A program made the translations under genes and the position numbers. The notes beneath the pieces were generated by a model. It saw only the letters and a program-made list of their open reading frames with translations. It was not told the origin of the DNA and ran no database searches. DNA of 64,000 nucleotides from Vulcanimicrobiota bacterium (GTDB taxonomy: Bacteria; Vulcanimicrobiota; CADAWZ01; Ess09-12): NCBI GenBank assembly GCA_031082125.1, contig JAVHLM010000029.1, positions 1,478 through 65,477 on the forward strand, in the 5' to 3' direction. Positions 39,063 through 48,786 of the stretch are shown here, piece by piece. Numbering within the stretch: the stretch's first letter is position 1; the number at the start of each line of letters is the position of its first letter.

Positions 39063-40787
39063 TCCTGTGAATAATACCCTCCCCCGGGAAAAAAGTCAAG
39101 TGGAGCACACTCATCCACGGGAATCATTCATCGGTAATCCGGACGCCATGGACCGCTCCTGCCTTGATTTCTGCGCAGATTTCCCCTACAATAAAACCAT
39201 GCACCGCGACTTCCTGCTCATTCTGTTTATTGCTTATACCCTGGGAATCATTGTTCAGAAGCTCCTGAAAAAGGATTTCTTTCCAGGTGATTTTCTCAAT
39301 GTATCCTTTCTTTATGTTGTTCTCATCACAGGATTCGTGCTGCACGCGATCATCCACCGCGGCAGCCTGGAGGGGATTTCCCTCGGGAAACGGGATCTGG
39401 TACTGATGATCCTTCTTATCCTGGCAGGGTACTATGTGCTATATGCGGTCATCATCCCATGGTTCAGGAGAAAACATGAGAGTTCCATCGATTTTTCACC
39501 CCGGTATAAAGCCTGTAAGCAGGAGGAAAGCGAAAAGAAACGCTTCCTCGAGGCGGTCCTCCATGGAGACATGGAGGTGGTGAACCAGATGCTCGGGATC
39601 TTACCCGAGAGGATCTATCTCAAAGCCCCCGGCGGAGAGTTGCTTGCAGACTATGCATTGAAACAGGGCAGGCAGGCGATGGCGGAGTTTCTTGGAACCT
39701 TTGGAAAAGCCTTGAAGGAAAAGAAAGAGATGTTGAAGAGTGCTGTCGTGGAGGGCGACGCTTCCAAGGCGGAGGAGCTTGCCGGCCGGGACGGATATCT
39801 GGTGAAGGTGCCTGTGGACGCTTCAGGTGCGACAGTCCTCCATCTTGCGGCAGAACGTGGAAACACCGCGTTGGCGGCGTTTTTTATCGAGAAGGGCGCG
39901 GATCTCAACGCCAAGGACAATGAAGGAGCAAGGCCCCTCCATTATGCGGCAGCTCTTGGCCAGTTGGAAGCCGCCGGGCTTCTCATCGAGAAGGGCGCCT
40001 CTGCATACCCCTGTGATGACGGCGGCGCCCAGCCTCTCCACGAGGCGGCGATGTCGGGCAATGTAGCTGTCGCGAAGCTCCTCATCGAGCATGGAGCTCA
40101 TCCGAACAGTGCCGATGAGGTGTTCAGGTGGACACCGCTCTATTATGCAGAGTATTATGACCAGAAAGAGATGGTGGACTTTCTCCTGTCACGAGGCGCC
40201 ATCCTCTCGGTAAGTGACACCTTCGGGAGGACTCCGCGGTGCGCCGGTGCGCTTCCTCTGGAATCCATGCAGGCCGGGCGCTGCCTGGTGCGGGCCTGGC
40301 GGCATCGATATCTTCGGCTTCGAAAAAGGCCTTGCTCCTGCAGGAAAGATCAGCATTCCGGCAGGCACGGCGCGAGCGGCATGGGCTCCCGCAGGTGATT
40401 GTATCGCCTCCCTGTCAGCCCAGGGAGAGATAGCCCTCTGGGACAGCCGTGAAGGCCGCCTCCTCTGGCGCTATGAGGAAATGTTCACCTGCTGCGCGGA
40501 AAATAAGGATTCCGCTTACGTGCCTCAACAACGCGGTTTCACTTTCCCTCTCCCGCGACGGGGAGTGGTGCGCCGTGCGCTCAGAGGCCTCCTATGGAGG
40601 AAACGGCCAGCTGGAGATCTGGAGGCGGGGAGCATGGCACCGCCCGATTCTCAAGCCCCTCTCGGGTAATTCCGTAAAATACCCGGAACACTCACGGGCC
40701 CTCGAGTTCCACCCCGAGAAGCCGCTCCTCGCCTCGTTCAACAAGGGCTCCTGGCATATCAGCGTGTGGAGAATAAACGGGAACTGA
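38995..40787 (+). pseudogene. ankyrin-repeat + WD40-repeat protein gene split over three successive reading frames (frameshifted pseudogene or assembly errors)
   Basis: Frame 1 (38995..40398) has a TM N-terminus and 5-6 ANK repeats and ends in Arg-rich nonsense. Frame 2 (40214..40669) and frame 3 (40449..40787) each carry WD40-like blocks (AWAPAGDCIASLSAQGEIALWD; SRDGEWCAVRSEASYGGNGQLEIWR; ALEFHPEKPLLASFNKGSWHISVWRIN). The likely real start is the Met of MHRDFLL near 39198. Confidence 0.5.
39073..39107 (+). repeat. copy A of a 35-nt intergenic motif aataccctYYYCCGGRaaaaaagtMaagYggagca
   Basis: aataccctcccccgggaaaaaagtcaagtggagca; 30/35 identical to copy B at 41233-41267; lies between divergent pyrB and the ankyrin gene. 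Confidence 0.55.
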
Positions 40788-40930
40788 GTATGACTGTGAC
40801 AATGCATTTCAATGTGCAGGGGCCTCATAAAGATCACCCGGCAAAGCCTCTTTATCTTCTAAAAGAATGCCTGTCTCTCTGAATGGAATATTTATCCTGG
40901 CAGATAGGTAACAGAGAGAGAAACAGAGAT

Positions 40931-40954
40931 TCCCCGGAGAGAAAAAAGTCCCGG
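40931..40954 (+). repeat. weaker third copy of the CCCCGG-aaaaaagtc core of the intergenic motif
   Basis: ttccccggagagaaaaaagtcccgg, upstream of the small ORF at 41000. Confidence 0.3.
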
Positions 40955-40999
40955 ATATCAGGCAACAGACCAGCTCGGAAGTAAAGGAGGCTCATCACA

Positions 41000-41200
41000 A
41001 TGGCGACTCAGAAAAGAATTAAGAACACATCATACAGGAAGGACCGGAAAGAAATAGAGGGAAAAAGAGACGTGATAAGCTCTCTCTGGAAGTGTGTCAT
41101 TGGGATCGGCCCAGCCATCCGTAAAATGAGAGATGATTTATACCAGTTTTATATAATGGCCACTGAGCCGCTGTCCTATGAAATGCCCACTGAGCCATAG
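41000..41200 (+). CDS. small basic hypothetical protein (66 aa) in a low-GC intergenic island
   Basis: Strong SD aaggagg placed 10 nt upstream of the ATG. The local GC is clearly lower than in surrounding genes. No family recognised. Confidence 0.35.
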   Translation: MATQKRIKNTSYRKDRKEIEGKRDVISSLWKCVIGIGPAIRKMRDDLYQFYIMATEPLSYEMPTEP

Positions 41201-41232
41201 CTTCTTCCCTATGGATTTTAACGCCCTGTGGT

Positions 41233-41267
41233 AATACCCTTCTCCGGAAAAAAAGTAAAGCGGAGCA
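41233..41267 (+). repeat. copy B of the 35-nt intergenic motif
   Basis: aatacccttctccggaaaaaaagtaaagcggagca; contains the imperfect palindrome CTCCGG...CGGAG around an A-rich centre; 330 nt upstream of the S46 peptidase start. Confidence 0.55.
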
Positions 41268-41595
41268 TGGCGGGAAGGGAATCAGGGATCTGCAGTAAAA
41301 TGGTCTTCCCGAGGCTCATTTTGAGGGGAGGCAGAGCTCTTACCTGAAGCTTGCCGAAGCCGTGGGGACGCTTGAGCATGAGAAGTCAGTGACAGTTCCC
41401 CTCCAGATACCGTAAGGAACCGGCAACAGCTCCCGTTCCCGCCTGAGGCTCTGGCAGGCCCGTGAAGGGAGCATGGAGCTGCCGGGAGAATGGCCCCTGG
41501 ACTCTCCATACGGAGCTATCTCATGAAGGTTTTATGGGAAAGTGTGCCAAATTCTTCATGGACTTTCAGAGATAACCATCAGAGAGGTAACCGTC

Positions 41596-43668
41596 ATGAA
41601 ACATCATCGCATCCTGCTTCCTGTACTTGTCATACTTTTTCTTGCCGCAGCGGCTTTTGAGGCTTCCGCCGAGGAGGGCATGTGGACCCTCGACAACCTT
41701 CCCGCTGCCCGCCTCAAGGCAAGATACGGCTTCACCGCCACCAGGGAGTGGATCGAGCATGTGCGCCTTGCGAGCGTGCGCTTCAATGACGGCGGGAGCG
41801 GCTCCTTCGTGAGCCCCGGGGGGCTTGTGCTCACCAACCATCACGTGGCTGTGGGGCAGCTCCAGAAAATGTCGTCGGAGAAAAAGGATTATGTGACCGA
41901 CGGCTACCTCGCCAGGAGCCCTGAGGAGGAGATTAAGTGCACTGACCTCGAGCTGAACATGCTGGTCTCTACGGAAAATGTTACCGAGAGGGTGAAAAAG
42001 TCCGTGAAGAACCTCACGGGCGAAAAGGCCCTCAAAGCAAGGAAAGCTGAGATGGCCCTCATCGAGAAGGAGTCCATGAATAAAACAGGGCTCCGCTCAG
42101 ATGTGATCACCCTTTACCATGGCGGCGAATACTGGCTCTATGCCTTCAGGAAATACCGCGACGTGAGGCTTGTCATGGCTCCTGAAAAGCAAATCGCCTT
42201 CTATGGCGGCGACCTGGATAACTTCACCTACCCCCGCTATGACCTCGACTTCGCCCTCTTCCGCGTCTACGAGGACGGGAAGCCATTACACCCGAAGCAT
42301 TATTTCAAATTCAACACCAATGGAGGCAAGGATGGCGAGCTTGTCTTCGTGAGCGGCCATCCAGGCACGACGAAGCGCCTCCTCACATACTCGCAGTATC
42401 TCTTTAACCGTGACCACAGCTACCCTGCAATACTCACGTGGCTCGACGGATCCCTCAAAACCCTTGATAAATACTCCGCGAAAGGTCCCGAAGAGAAGCG
42501 CCGCGCCGCCACCCTCAGGTTCTCCTATGGCAACTCCCAGAAGGCCCTGGCCGGAGAATACGAAGGGCTCAGGGAGCGTGCCTTCAGCGAGGACTTCAAG
42601 GCTCGCGAGGATCGTCTCCGCTCTACGGTGAATGCCAGCGCCGCCCTCAGGAAAGAGGCCGGCGCCTCCTGGGAGCAGATTGCCGCCGCCATGAAGAAAT
42701 ACGGACAACGCTATGATCACGAGCGCTACCAGGCCCTCAAAGGTCACAGGCTCCCTGCAATAGCCACGCAGGTGGTGTTCTTCATCATGGAGACAAAGAA
42801 GCCCGATGGCGAGCGGCTGAACGGCTACCATGACTCGCAGATTGACACATGGAAGTTCGTGAACCTCTCGCCTGAGCCCCTCTATGACGACCTTGAGGAG
42901 GCGCTCCTGGCCTTCAACATGGAGCTTTCCAGGAAAAAGCTCGGCGAGGCCGATCCCTTCGTGAAAGTGCTCCTGGGGGGGAAAACGCCGCAGGTGAGGG
43001 CCCGGGAGCTTGTCAGGGACACAAAGCTCAAAGACCCTTCCTACCGCTGGTCCCTCATCGAGGGCGGCGAAAAGGCGCTGAAAAACTCCGACGATCCCCT
43101 GGTGAGGCTTGCCCTCGCCCTGGAGCCAAAGCTGAGGGAATTCATCAAGTGGCGCGAGGCGAATATCGAGAGCGTCGTCACGCCGGCCACGGAGAATATT
43201 GCGAAAGCCCGCTTCGCCATCGAGGGCAGGACCACTTACCCTGACGCCACCTTTACCCTCAGGCTTGCCTACGGCACCATCAAGGGTTACGAGATGAACG
43301 GCACCCTCGCCCCTCCCGTCACGACCATTTACGGGCTCTACGACCGCTTTTACAGCTTCTCGGGAAAAATGGACTTCTGGCTTCCCCCGCGTTACCTTGA
43401 GAAAAAGGACAGCTTAGACCTGGCCACGCCATTCAATTTCGTCTCCACTGCCGACATCACGGGAGGGAACTCGGGCTCTCCTGTCATCACGCGAGATGCC
43501 GAGCTCGTGGGACTCATTTTTGACGGGAACATGGAAAGCCTGGCAGGGCGCTTCATCTTTTCCGACAAGACAAACCGCGCCGTGGCAGTCCACGCGGCGG
43601 CCATCATAGAAGCCCTCAGGAAGCTTTACGATGCGGGGCCTCTTGCTGACGAGCTCCAGGGGAAATAA
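41596..43668 (+). CDS. S46-family dipeptidyl-peptidase (DPP7/DPP11-like), secreted
   Basis: Start at MKHHRILLPVLVILFLAAAAFEASA (signal peptide) preceded by SD agagagg; catalytic-triad context TNHHVAVGQ...D...TGGNSGSPVI typical of S46. Confidence 0.8.
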   Translation: MKHHRILLPVLVILFLAAAAFEASAEEGMWTLDNLPAARLKARYGFTATREWIEHVRLASVRFNDGGSGSFVSPGGLVLTNHHVAVGQLQKMSSEKKDYVTDGYLARSPEEEIKCTDLELNMLVSTENVTERVKKSVKNLTGEKALKARKAEMALIEKESMNKTGLRSDVITLYHGGEYWLYAFRKYRDVRLVMAPEKQIAFYGGDLDNFTYPRYDLDFALFRVYEDGKPLHPKHYFKFNTNGGKDGELVFVSGHPGTTKRLLTYSQYLFNRDHSYPAILTWLDGSLKTLDKYSAKGPEEKRRAATLRFSYGNSQKALAGEYEGLRERAFSEDFKAREDRLRSTVNASAALRKEAGASWEQIAAAMKKYGQRYDHERYQALKGHRLPAIATQVVFFIMETKKPDGERLNGYHDSQIDTWKFVNLSPEPLYDDLEEALLAFNMELSRKKLGEADPFVKVLLGGKTPQVRARELVRDTKLKDPSYRWSLIEGGEKALKNSDDPLVRLALALEPKLREFIKWREANIESVVTPATENIAKARFAIEGRTTYPDATFTLRLAYGTIKGYEMNGTLAPPVTTIYGLYDRFYSFSGKMDFWLPPRYLEKKDSLDLATPFNFVSTADITGGNSGSPVITRDAELVGLIFDGNMESLAGRFIFSDKTNRAVAVHAAAIIEALRKLYDAGPLADELQGK

Positions 43669-44262
43669 TCAGGCAGGGCTCGCTTTCACAAGATACAGGT
43701 GGGGCTTATCGGTAATGGCAACCTTTGAGAACCGGAGCTCTTGCAGCATTTTTCTCATTTCATCAGGGCCCGGGAGCATGTCGTGCCGCACAGGCCCTTC
43801 AAGGCGGCTGTGGAGCTCATTGATACTGCTGCAGCTCTCCGAGTGGGCTATCAGCAGGAAGCCGCCCGGTGTAATGTGGCGTCTCAGGTTGGCGAGGGCC
43901 CTTCTCTTGTCGGCAAAGTGGGGAAAGCACGAGTAACAGATTATCCTGTCAAAAGCTCTCCCGGGCACTGTGTCAGTGGTAAGATCGGCCCGGCAGAACG
44001 ACACTCCGCTTCGGGATGAAAGCTTTTTCTCAGCCTCCTCGAGCATCTTTCCCGAAAAATCGGCACACACCACGTCGAGAGCCCCATCAAAGGCCCTGAC
44101 CATGAAATCAGTGAAGACCCCCGTGCCGCAGCCGGCATCAAGGACCCGGGCCCCGGGAAAAAGCTCAAGGGCCTCCGCTATGAGGGCCAGCCGCAATGGA
44201 TCGTGGCTGGCCTGCTCATCCCATCGGGAAGCCATATGATCAAAGTAGCTCCGGTGATCCAT
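43669..44262 (-). CDS. class I SAM-dependent methyltransferase
   Basis: Motif I VLDAGCGTGVFTDFM. Confidence 0.7.
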   Translation of the reverse strand: MDHRSYFDHMASRWDEQASHDPLRLALIAEALELFPGARVLDAGCGTGVFTDFMVRAFDGALDVVCADFSGKMLEEAEKKLSSRSGVSFCRADLTTDTVPGRAFDRIICYSCFPHFADKRRALANLRRHITPGGFLLIAHSESCSSINELHSRLEGPVRHDMLPGPDEMRKMLQELRFSKVAITDKPHLYLVKASPA

Positions 44263-44385
44263 GATGAAAGAGTTGGCGACGCAAAGCCATACCTCCTGCC
44301 GGCATAAATCTGGCGGTCAAGGTGCACCTCCAGAAGGAAATTTTCCGTCCTTAATGAATTTATCTTCACGCTCCACTTACCAGCT

Positions 44386-45186
44386 ATGGCGGAGGTTGCC
44401 CACACCATGAAACGGATCATTCTGGTTCTGCTGCTCATTGCTGCTACAGCCATACCGGCTTTTTCAGATGACGATCTCACTCCCAGGCTCCAGATTCTCT
44501 GCTATCACCAGATTGCCCCCGTGGCAAAAGACATTATGACCACGACGCCTGAGATGTTCGAGGCCCAGGTGAGGTACCTGAGGACCCATGACTATTACCC
44601 CGTGGGAATGGAAGAGGCCGTGGCCTTTCTCAAGGGCAGGAAGCCTACCAGGCAGAAGATGGTGATGATTACCTTTGATGACGGGTATGACGGGATTTAT
44701 CATTACGGCCTCCCCATACTCAGAAAATACCGCTTCCCCGCCGTGGTGTTCCTCGTGGTGAGCAAGATCACCGAAAACGGGGAAAGAAGCGAAACAGGGC
44801 ACCTTTCCTGGAAGCAGCTCCGTGTGCTGAGAGACAGCGGCCTTTTTTACATCGGCTCACACACCAACGCCCTTCATCAGAAAGTGCAATGGGATCTGCG
44901 GGACGGCAGGATCACCTCGAGCCAGCTTATCAGGGATCTCTGCAAGTCGCGCATTTATATTTACAACCATCTTGGCATTCTCACCGACTACCTTGCCTGG
45001 CCCTATGGAGGCTATGATGATCGCACCATCGAGATCGCCAGGAACTGCGGCTTCAAGGTACTCTTCACCACTGATGAAGGCTCCAACCACAGGGGGGAGG
45101 GTACGATCCGCATCAGGCGCATCGCCCTTTCCTCGGCCTATGATGACCTTATGCGCCTTGAGGACAAGCTCACCATGTTCCCCTGA
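44386..45186 (+). CDS. polysaccharide deacetylase (NodB-homology, CE4) with signal peptide
   Basis: MVMITFDDGYDGIYHYGLPILRKYRFPAVVFLV plus downstream His motifs. Confidence 0.75.
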   Translation: MAEVAHTMKRIILVLLLIAATAIPAFSDDDLTPRLQILCYHQIAPVAKDIMTTTPEMFEAQVRYLRTHDYYPVGMEEAVAFLKGRKPTRQKMVMITFDDGYDGIYHYGLPILRKYRFPAVVFLVVSKITENGERSETGHLSWKQLRVLRDSGLFYIGSHTNALHQKVQWDLRDGRITSSQLIRDLCKSRIYIYNHLGILTDYLAWPYGGYDDRTIEIARNCGFKVLFTTDEGSNHRGEGTIRIRRIALSSAYDDLMRLEDKLTMFP

Positions 45187-45276
45187 AGAGGCAGAAGCTC
45201 ATCCTGTTGACCTGAAAAGATGAGAGGCTCATCTTTTTGACCTGAAAAGTTCCCCTGATGAGGGCAGAAGGGCACC

Positions 45277-48200
45277 ATGAAGCAGAAATTCCGGCTCTTT
45301 GTCCAGAAGCATGAAAACGGCACCTATACCGTTACCTTGCCAGGCATTCACTACGTCCCGGTCCCCATCGATGATGCCGTGCAACCTGCCTCTTCAAGTC
45401 TTTCCTCCTACGGGCCCATACTCGAGGAAGTGAAAGACGACGTGCGTATTGCCCTGGAAAAATGGCTTGCGCGGGTTGATCCCTCACATCTGGCCATGCT
45501 CAGCAACCATCGGCCGGGAGAGACTCTCGAAAAGGTCGAGGTGGAGCTGCGCCCCTCTGACAGCAGGGGGAAAAAGCGCCACGACAGGGTAAAGCTGACA
45601 GTGAGCCTCATGGTGACACCCGAGGAGGGCTCGCAGCTCCTGGTAAGTGCTCCCAAGCTCGCCTCACCGCCTCTTTCATTCTACTGCTACTCGATGGCCG
45701 AGCTCCGTGAGGCGGCCACAAGGGAGATTGCCGCCTATTTCAGCAGCTTCACCCTGGAGGAGATCCTGCCCTACTGTTACCAGCGCCAGGAGTTCCTTGA
45801 CGAGATCGAGGTGGCTTTCACCCCGATGAAGCCCTTCCGGGAAAAGAAGGAGAAGGAACAGGACGAGGGCTGCTTCTGGGCCCTCAGGGGCGCCGGGATA
45901 AACCTGAGCGCGAGAACCCGGGAAAACCGCCTTCTGAAGGCTTATGGCCGGGAAAGAGAGGTAAACGAGCTTATGGCGGTCCTCTCGTCGGAAAGGAGCA
46001 GCTCGGTGCTCCTTGTCGGCGAGTCGGGCACGGGAAAAACAGCCGTGGCACATGAGGTGGTGCGGCGCATCACTGCTGAGCAGTGCCCCCCGGCCCTCCG
46101 GAAGAGGCAGGTGTGGCACACCAGTGCAGGCAGCCTTATTGCAGGCTGCAGCTATATCGGGGAATGGCAGGAAAAGGTGCAGAACATTGTTGAAGAGGTG
46201 AAAAAGAAACGCCATATCCTCCATATTGATGACATCGTGGGCCTTCTGGAGGCGGGGCGGTGGAGCAAGAGCGATGAGAACATAGGCCATTTCCTGAAAA
46301 ATTACCTTGCCGACGGGACAGTGGTGATCATCGGCGAGACCACGCCGGGCCGCCTCAGCATCGGGGAGCGCTACGATCCTTCCTTTTTCTCGCTCTTCAG
46401 GATCATCACCATGGCAGAGCCTGATGAAAATTCGACGCTCAGCATACTGGGAAACTATGCCGCTTCGCTGGAGAACGACTTCCGCGTGCGCATCAGGCCT
46501 TCAGCCTCCGAGGCAGCCCTGGAGCTCACCAGGCGCTTCCAGCCTTACCTCTCTCTCCCGGGAAAAGCCGTGGGGCTCCTTGAGCGTGTGGCCTCCGACG
46601 CGGGAAAAACGGGTGCAAGGGAGCGGCCTGAAATCACCAGGCAGTTCATTGTGAGCGCCTTTGCCCGGGAAACGGGGCTCCCCGAGTTTATTCTCTCCGA
46701 TCATCTCACTCTTGAGCCGAAAAGCATCGATAAGTTCTTTTCCGAGCAAATCAAGGGCCAGGGTCATGCCGTAGGCACCATTGTGGATCTTGTCACCGTC
46801 ATCAAGTCGGGCCTGAACGATCCCCAGAAGCCCATGGGGTGCCTCTTTTTCGTAGGGCCTACCGGCGTGGGAAAGACCGAGATGGCAAAGACTCTCGCGG
46901 AATACCTTTTCGGCAGCCGCGAGAGGCTTGTCCGCTTCGACATGAGCGAGTATGCAGAGCCATTCAACGTGGCAAAGCTCATAGGCTCCCCTCATGGCGA
47001 CGAGGAAGGCGAGCTCATAAGGCGCATCAGGCTTCAGCCTTTCTCTGTGGTGCTCCTGGATGAGTTCGAGAAAGCCCACGGGAGCATTTTTGACTGCATG
47101 CTCCAGGTGCTTGGTGAAGGGCGCCTTACCGATGCCAAGGGCCGCACGGCAGACTTCAGGAGCGCCATCATCATCATGACCTCGAACCTGGGAGCCACGG
47201 CTAAAGAACAGCGAAAGCCGGGGCTCCGCCGGGACAGCTCCATGCACTCCGTGGAGGAGCATTTCCGGGACCAGGTGGAGCACTTCTTCCGCCCCGAGTT
47301 TGTCAACAGGCTCGATGGCATCGTCGTGTTCCACCCTCTCGGCAGAGCCGCAATGGAGGAGGTTGCCTCCCGGGAGCTTGCAAAGCTTCTCGAGCGCGAG
47401 GGGATTACCAGGAGAAGCCTCCTTGTGGAGGTAGATCCCTCCATGATGGAGCTCCTCATCGAGAAGGGATTCAGCCCCCACTATGGCGCCAGGCCTCTCA
47501 AGCGGGAGATTGAGAGGTCCATCAACGTGCCTCTTGCCCATTACCTGGTATCGCACAGGATCTCGTCTCCGTACCTTATAGGAGTGTCCTGCGAAGACGG
47601 CCGGACGGTGATTCATGCCACGGCCCTCTCAGAAGCGCGGCAGGTGGTAAAGCAGGAAGAGGCTCCCCTGTCGCTGAGTGCCGCCACTGAGAGAAAAATG
47701 CAGATCTCGGAGCTTGTCGAAGGCTTTGCAGAGATCCGCCTGAGGCTTCACCGCTGGCTGCAGAGCGACAATGTGGAAAGAATAAGGATTGAATGGAAAC
47801 GGCTCCTCGCAGAGACAAGGAAAAAGGAGTTCCGCTCCGACGGCCGGGAGGGCATGAAAGCCTTCGAGAGGATATACCAGCTGGAGCGCCTCACCAAGCG
47901 CCTCGAGCAGCTCGCGGACCGCGCCTCCTACCTCGAGGAGTTTGCCACCCTCACGAAGCGCCAGCGCGACGCACGTTACGGCGCCGACCTGGCCCAGAAT
48001 TACACCGATCTCTGCCGTGACGCTGATTTCCTGGAGATCGAGCTCCTCTGCGCCCATCTTTCGGAGAGCGGCCGAGCCCTCATGCACCTTTCTGCCATCG
48101 GCCAGGCCGTCAGGGGCGAGCGCTCGGCCAGGGAGCGCGCCGAGTGGGTGGCGGCCCTGGCGAAGATGTACCTCTCCTGGGCGGGGCGGAAAGGATATGA

Positions 48201-48786
48201 GTCGGGTGTCATGGTGAGAACTGGCGAATACGTGCACTGGATAGAGGAAAAGGGCCTCAAGGTGAAGGCCCATATCCCTGACTTCAGGAAAGGCCCCCCC
48301 ATGGAGCCCTGCTGGACCAGGCTTTCCGCCGACTCGCTCCAGGGCCTTTTCAAGCGCATTGAAGAGCTTGAGGCATCGGAGCTTGGCATCCTTATTGAAG
48401 GCACCAATGTATACGGCTTCCTGAAGGGAGAGGCCGGCACCCACAAGCTGGTGCTGCGCGGCGAAGAGCGCGGCTCCGTTGCGCCTTTCAGGACCGTTGC
48501 AGCAGCCGTTGACAGCCTTGATGACAAAGACTCGCCTGCCGACTTGCTCAATGCCCGTGAAGCGCTGAAGGGGAAGCGCGGCGAAAAGAAAAAGGGGCAG
48601 GATGTGCCCGATATCATAAGGATTTACTCCCCCCTGGGGGATCGCTTTGTCCGCGATGTCCGCACCGGCGTGCGCACCACGCAGGTGAGCCAGGTTCTTG
48701 AAGGCTTCATTGACGAGTTCATCCTGGCCCACCTCAGGAGTCTCGAGGCCGGAGAAGCCTGGGATGTCGATGAGGATGCTCCTTAG
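45277..48786 (+). CDS. atypical Clp/Hsp100-like double-AAA+ ATPase (1169 aa) with novel N-terminal (about 200 aa) and C-terminal (about 450 aa) extensions
   Basis: D1: LLVGESGTGKTAVAHEV (Walker A) ...ILHIDDIVGLLEAG (non-canonical Walker B/sensor). D2: LFFVGPTGVGKTEMAKTLAEYLF...VLLDEFEKAHGSIFDCMLQVLGEGRLTDAKGRTADFRSAIIIMTSNLG (canonical ClpB D2). The C-terminal about 450 aa is coiled-coil rich with no recognised domain. Confidence 0.65.
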   Translation: MKQKFRLFVQKHENGTYTVTLPGIHYVPVPIDDAVQPASSSLSSYGPILEEVKDDVRIALEKWLARVDPSHLAMLSNHRPGETLEKVEVELRPSDSRGKKRHDRVKLTVSLMVTPEEGSQLLVSAPKLASPPLSFYCYSMAELREAATREIAAYFSSFTLEEILPYCYQRQEFLDEIEVAFTPMKPFREKKEKEQDEGCFWALRGAGINLSARTRENRLLKAYGREREVNELMAVLSSERSSSVLLVGESGTGKTAVAHEVVRRITAEQCPPALRKRQVWHTSAGSLIAGCSYIGEWQEKVQNIVEEVKKKRHILHIDDIVGLLEAGRWSKSDENIGHFLKNYLADGTVVIIGETTPGRLSIGERYDPSFFSLFRIITMAEPDENSTLSILGNYAASLENDFRVRIRPSASEAALELTRRFQPYLSLPGKAVGLLERVASDAGKTGARERPEITRQFIVSAFARETGLPEFILSDHLTLEPKSIDKFFSEQIKGQGHAVGTIVDLVTVIKSGLNDPQKPMGCLFFVGPTGVGKTEMAKTLAEYLFGSRERLVRFDMSEYAEPFNVAKLIGSPHGDEEGELIRRIRLQPFSVVLLDEFEKAHGSIFDCMLQVLGEGRLTDAKGRTADFRSAIIIMTSNLGATAKEQRKPGLRRDSSMHSVEEHFRDQVEHFFRPEFVNRLDGIVVFHPLGRAAMEEVASRELAKLLEREGITRRSLLVEVDPSMMELLIEKGFSPHYGARPLKREIERSINVPLAHYLVSHRISSPYLIGVSCEDGRTVIHATALSEARQVVKQEEAPLSLSAATERKMQISELVEGFAEIRLRLHRWLQSDNVERIRIEWKRLLAETRKKEFRSDGREGMKAFERIYQLERLTKRLEQLADRASYLEEFATLTKRQRDARYGADLAQNYTDLCRDADFLEIELLCAHLSESGRALMHLSAIGQAVRGERSARERAEWVAALAKMYLSWAGRKGYESGVMVRTGEYVHWIEEKGLKVKAHIPDFRKGPPMEPCWTRLSADSLQGLFKRIEELEASELGILIEGTNVYGFLKGEAGTHKLVLRGEERGSVAPFRTVAAAVDSLDDKDSPADLLNAREALKGKRGEKKKGQDVPDIIRIYSPLGDRFVRDVRTGVRTTQVSQVLEGFIDEFILAHLRSLEAGEAWDVDEDAP

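Noticed and set aside
40214-40787. Two separate small ORFs (151 aa, 112 aa) downstream of the ankyrin gene
   Set aside because: Both carry WD40-blade sequence and follow directly from the ankyrin frame, so they are better explained as frameshifted continuations of one gene than as independent genes.
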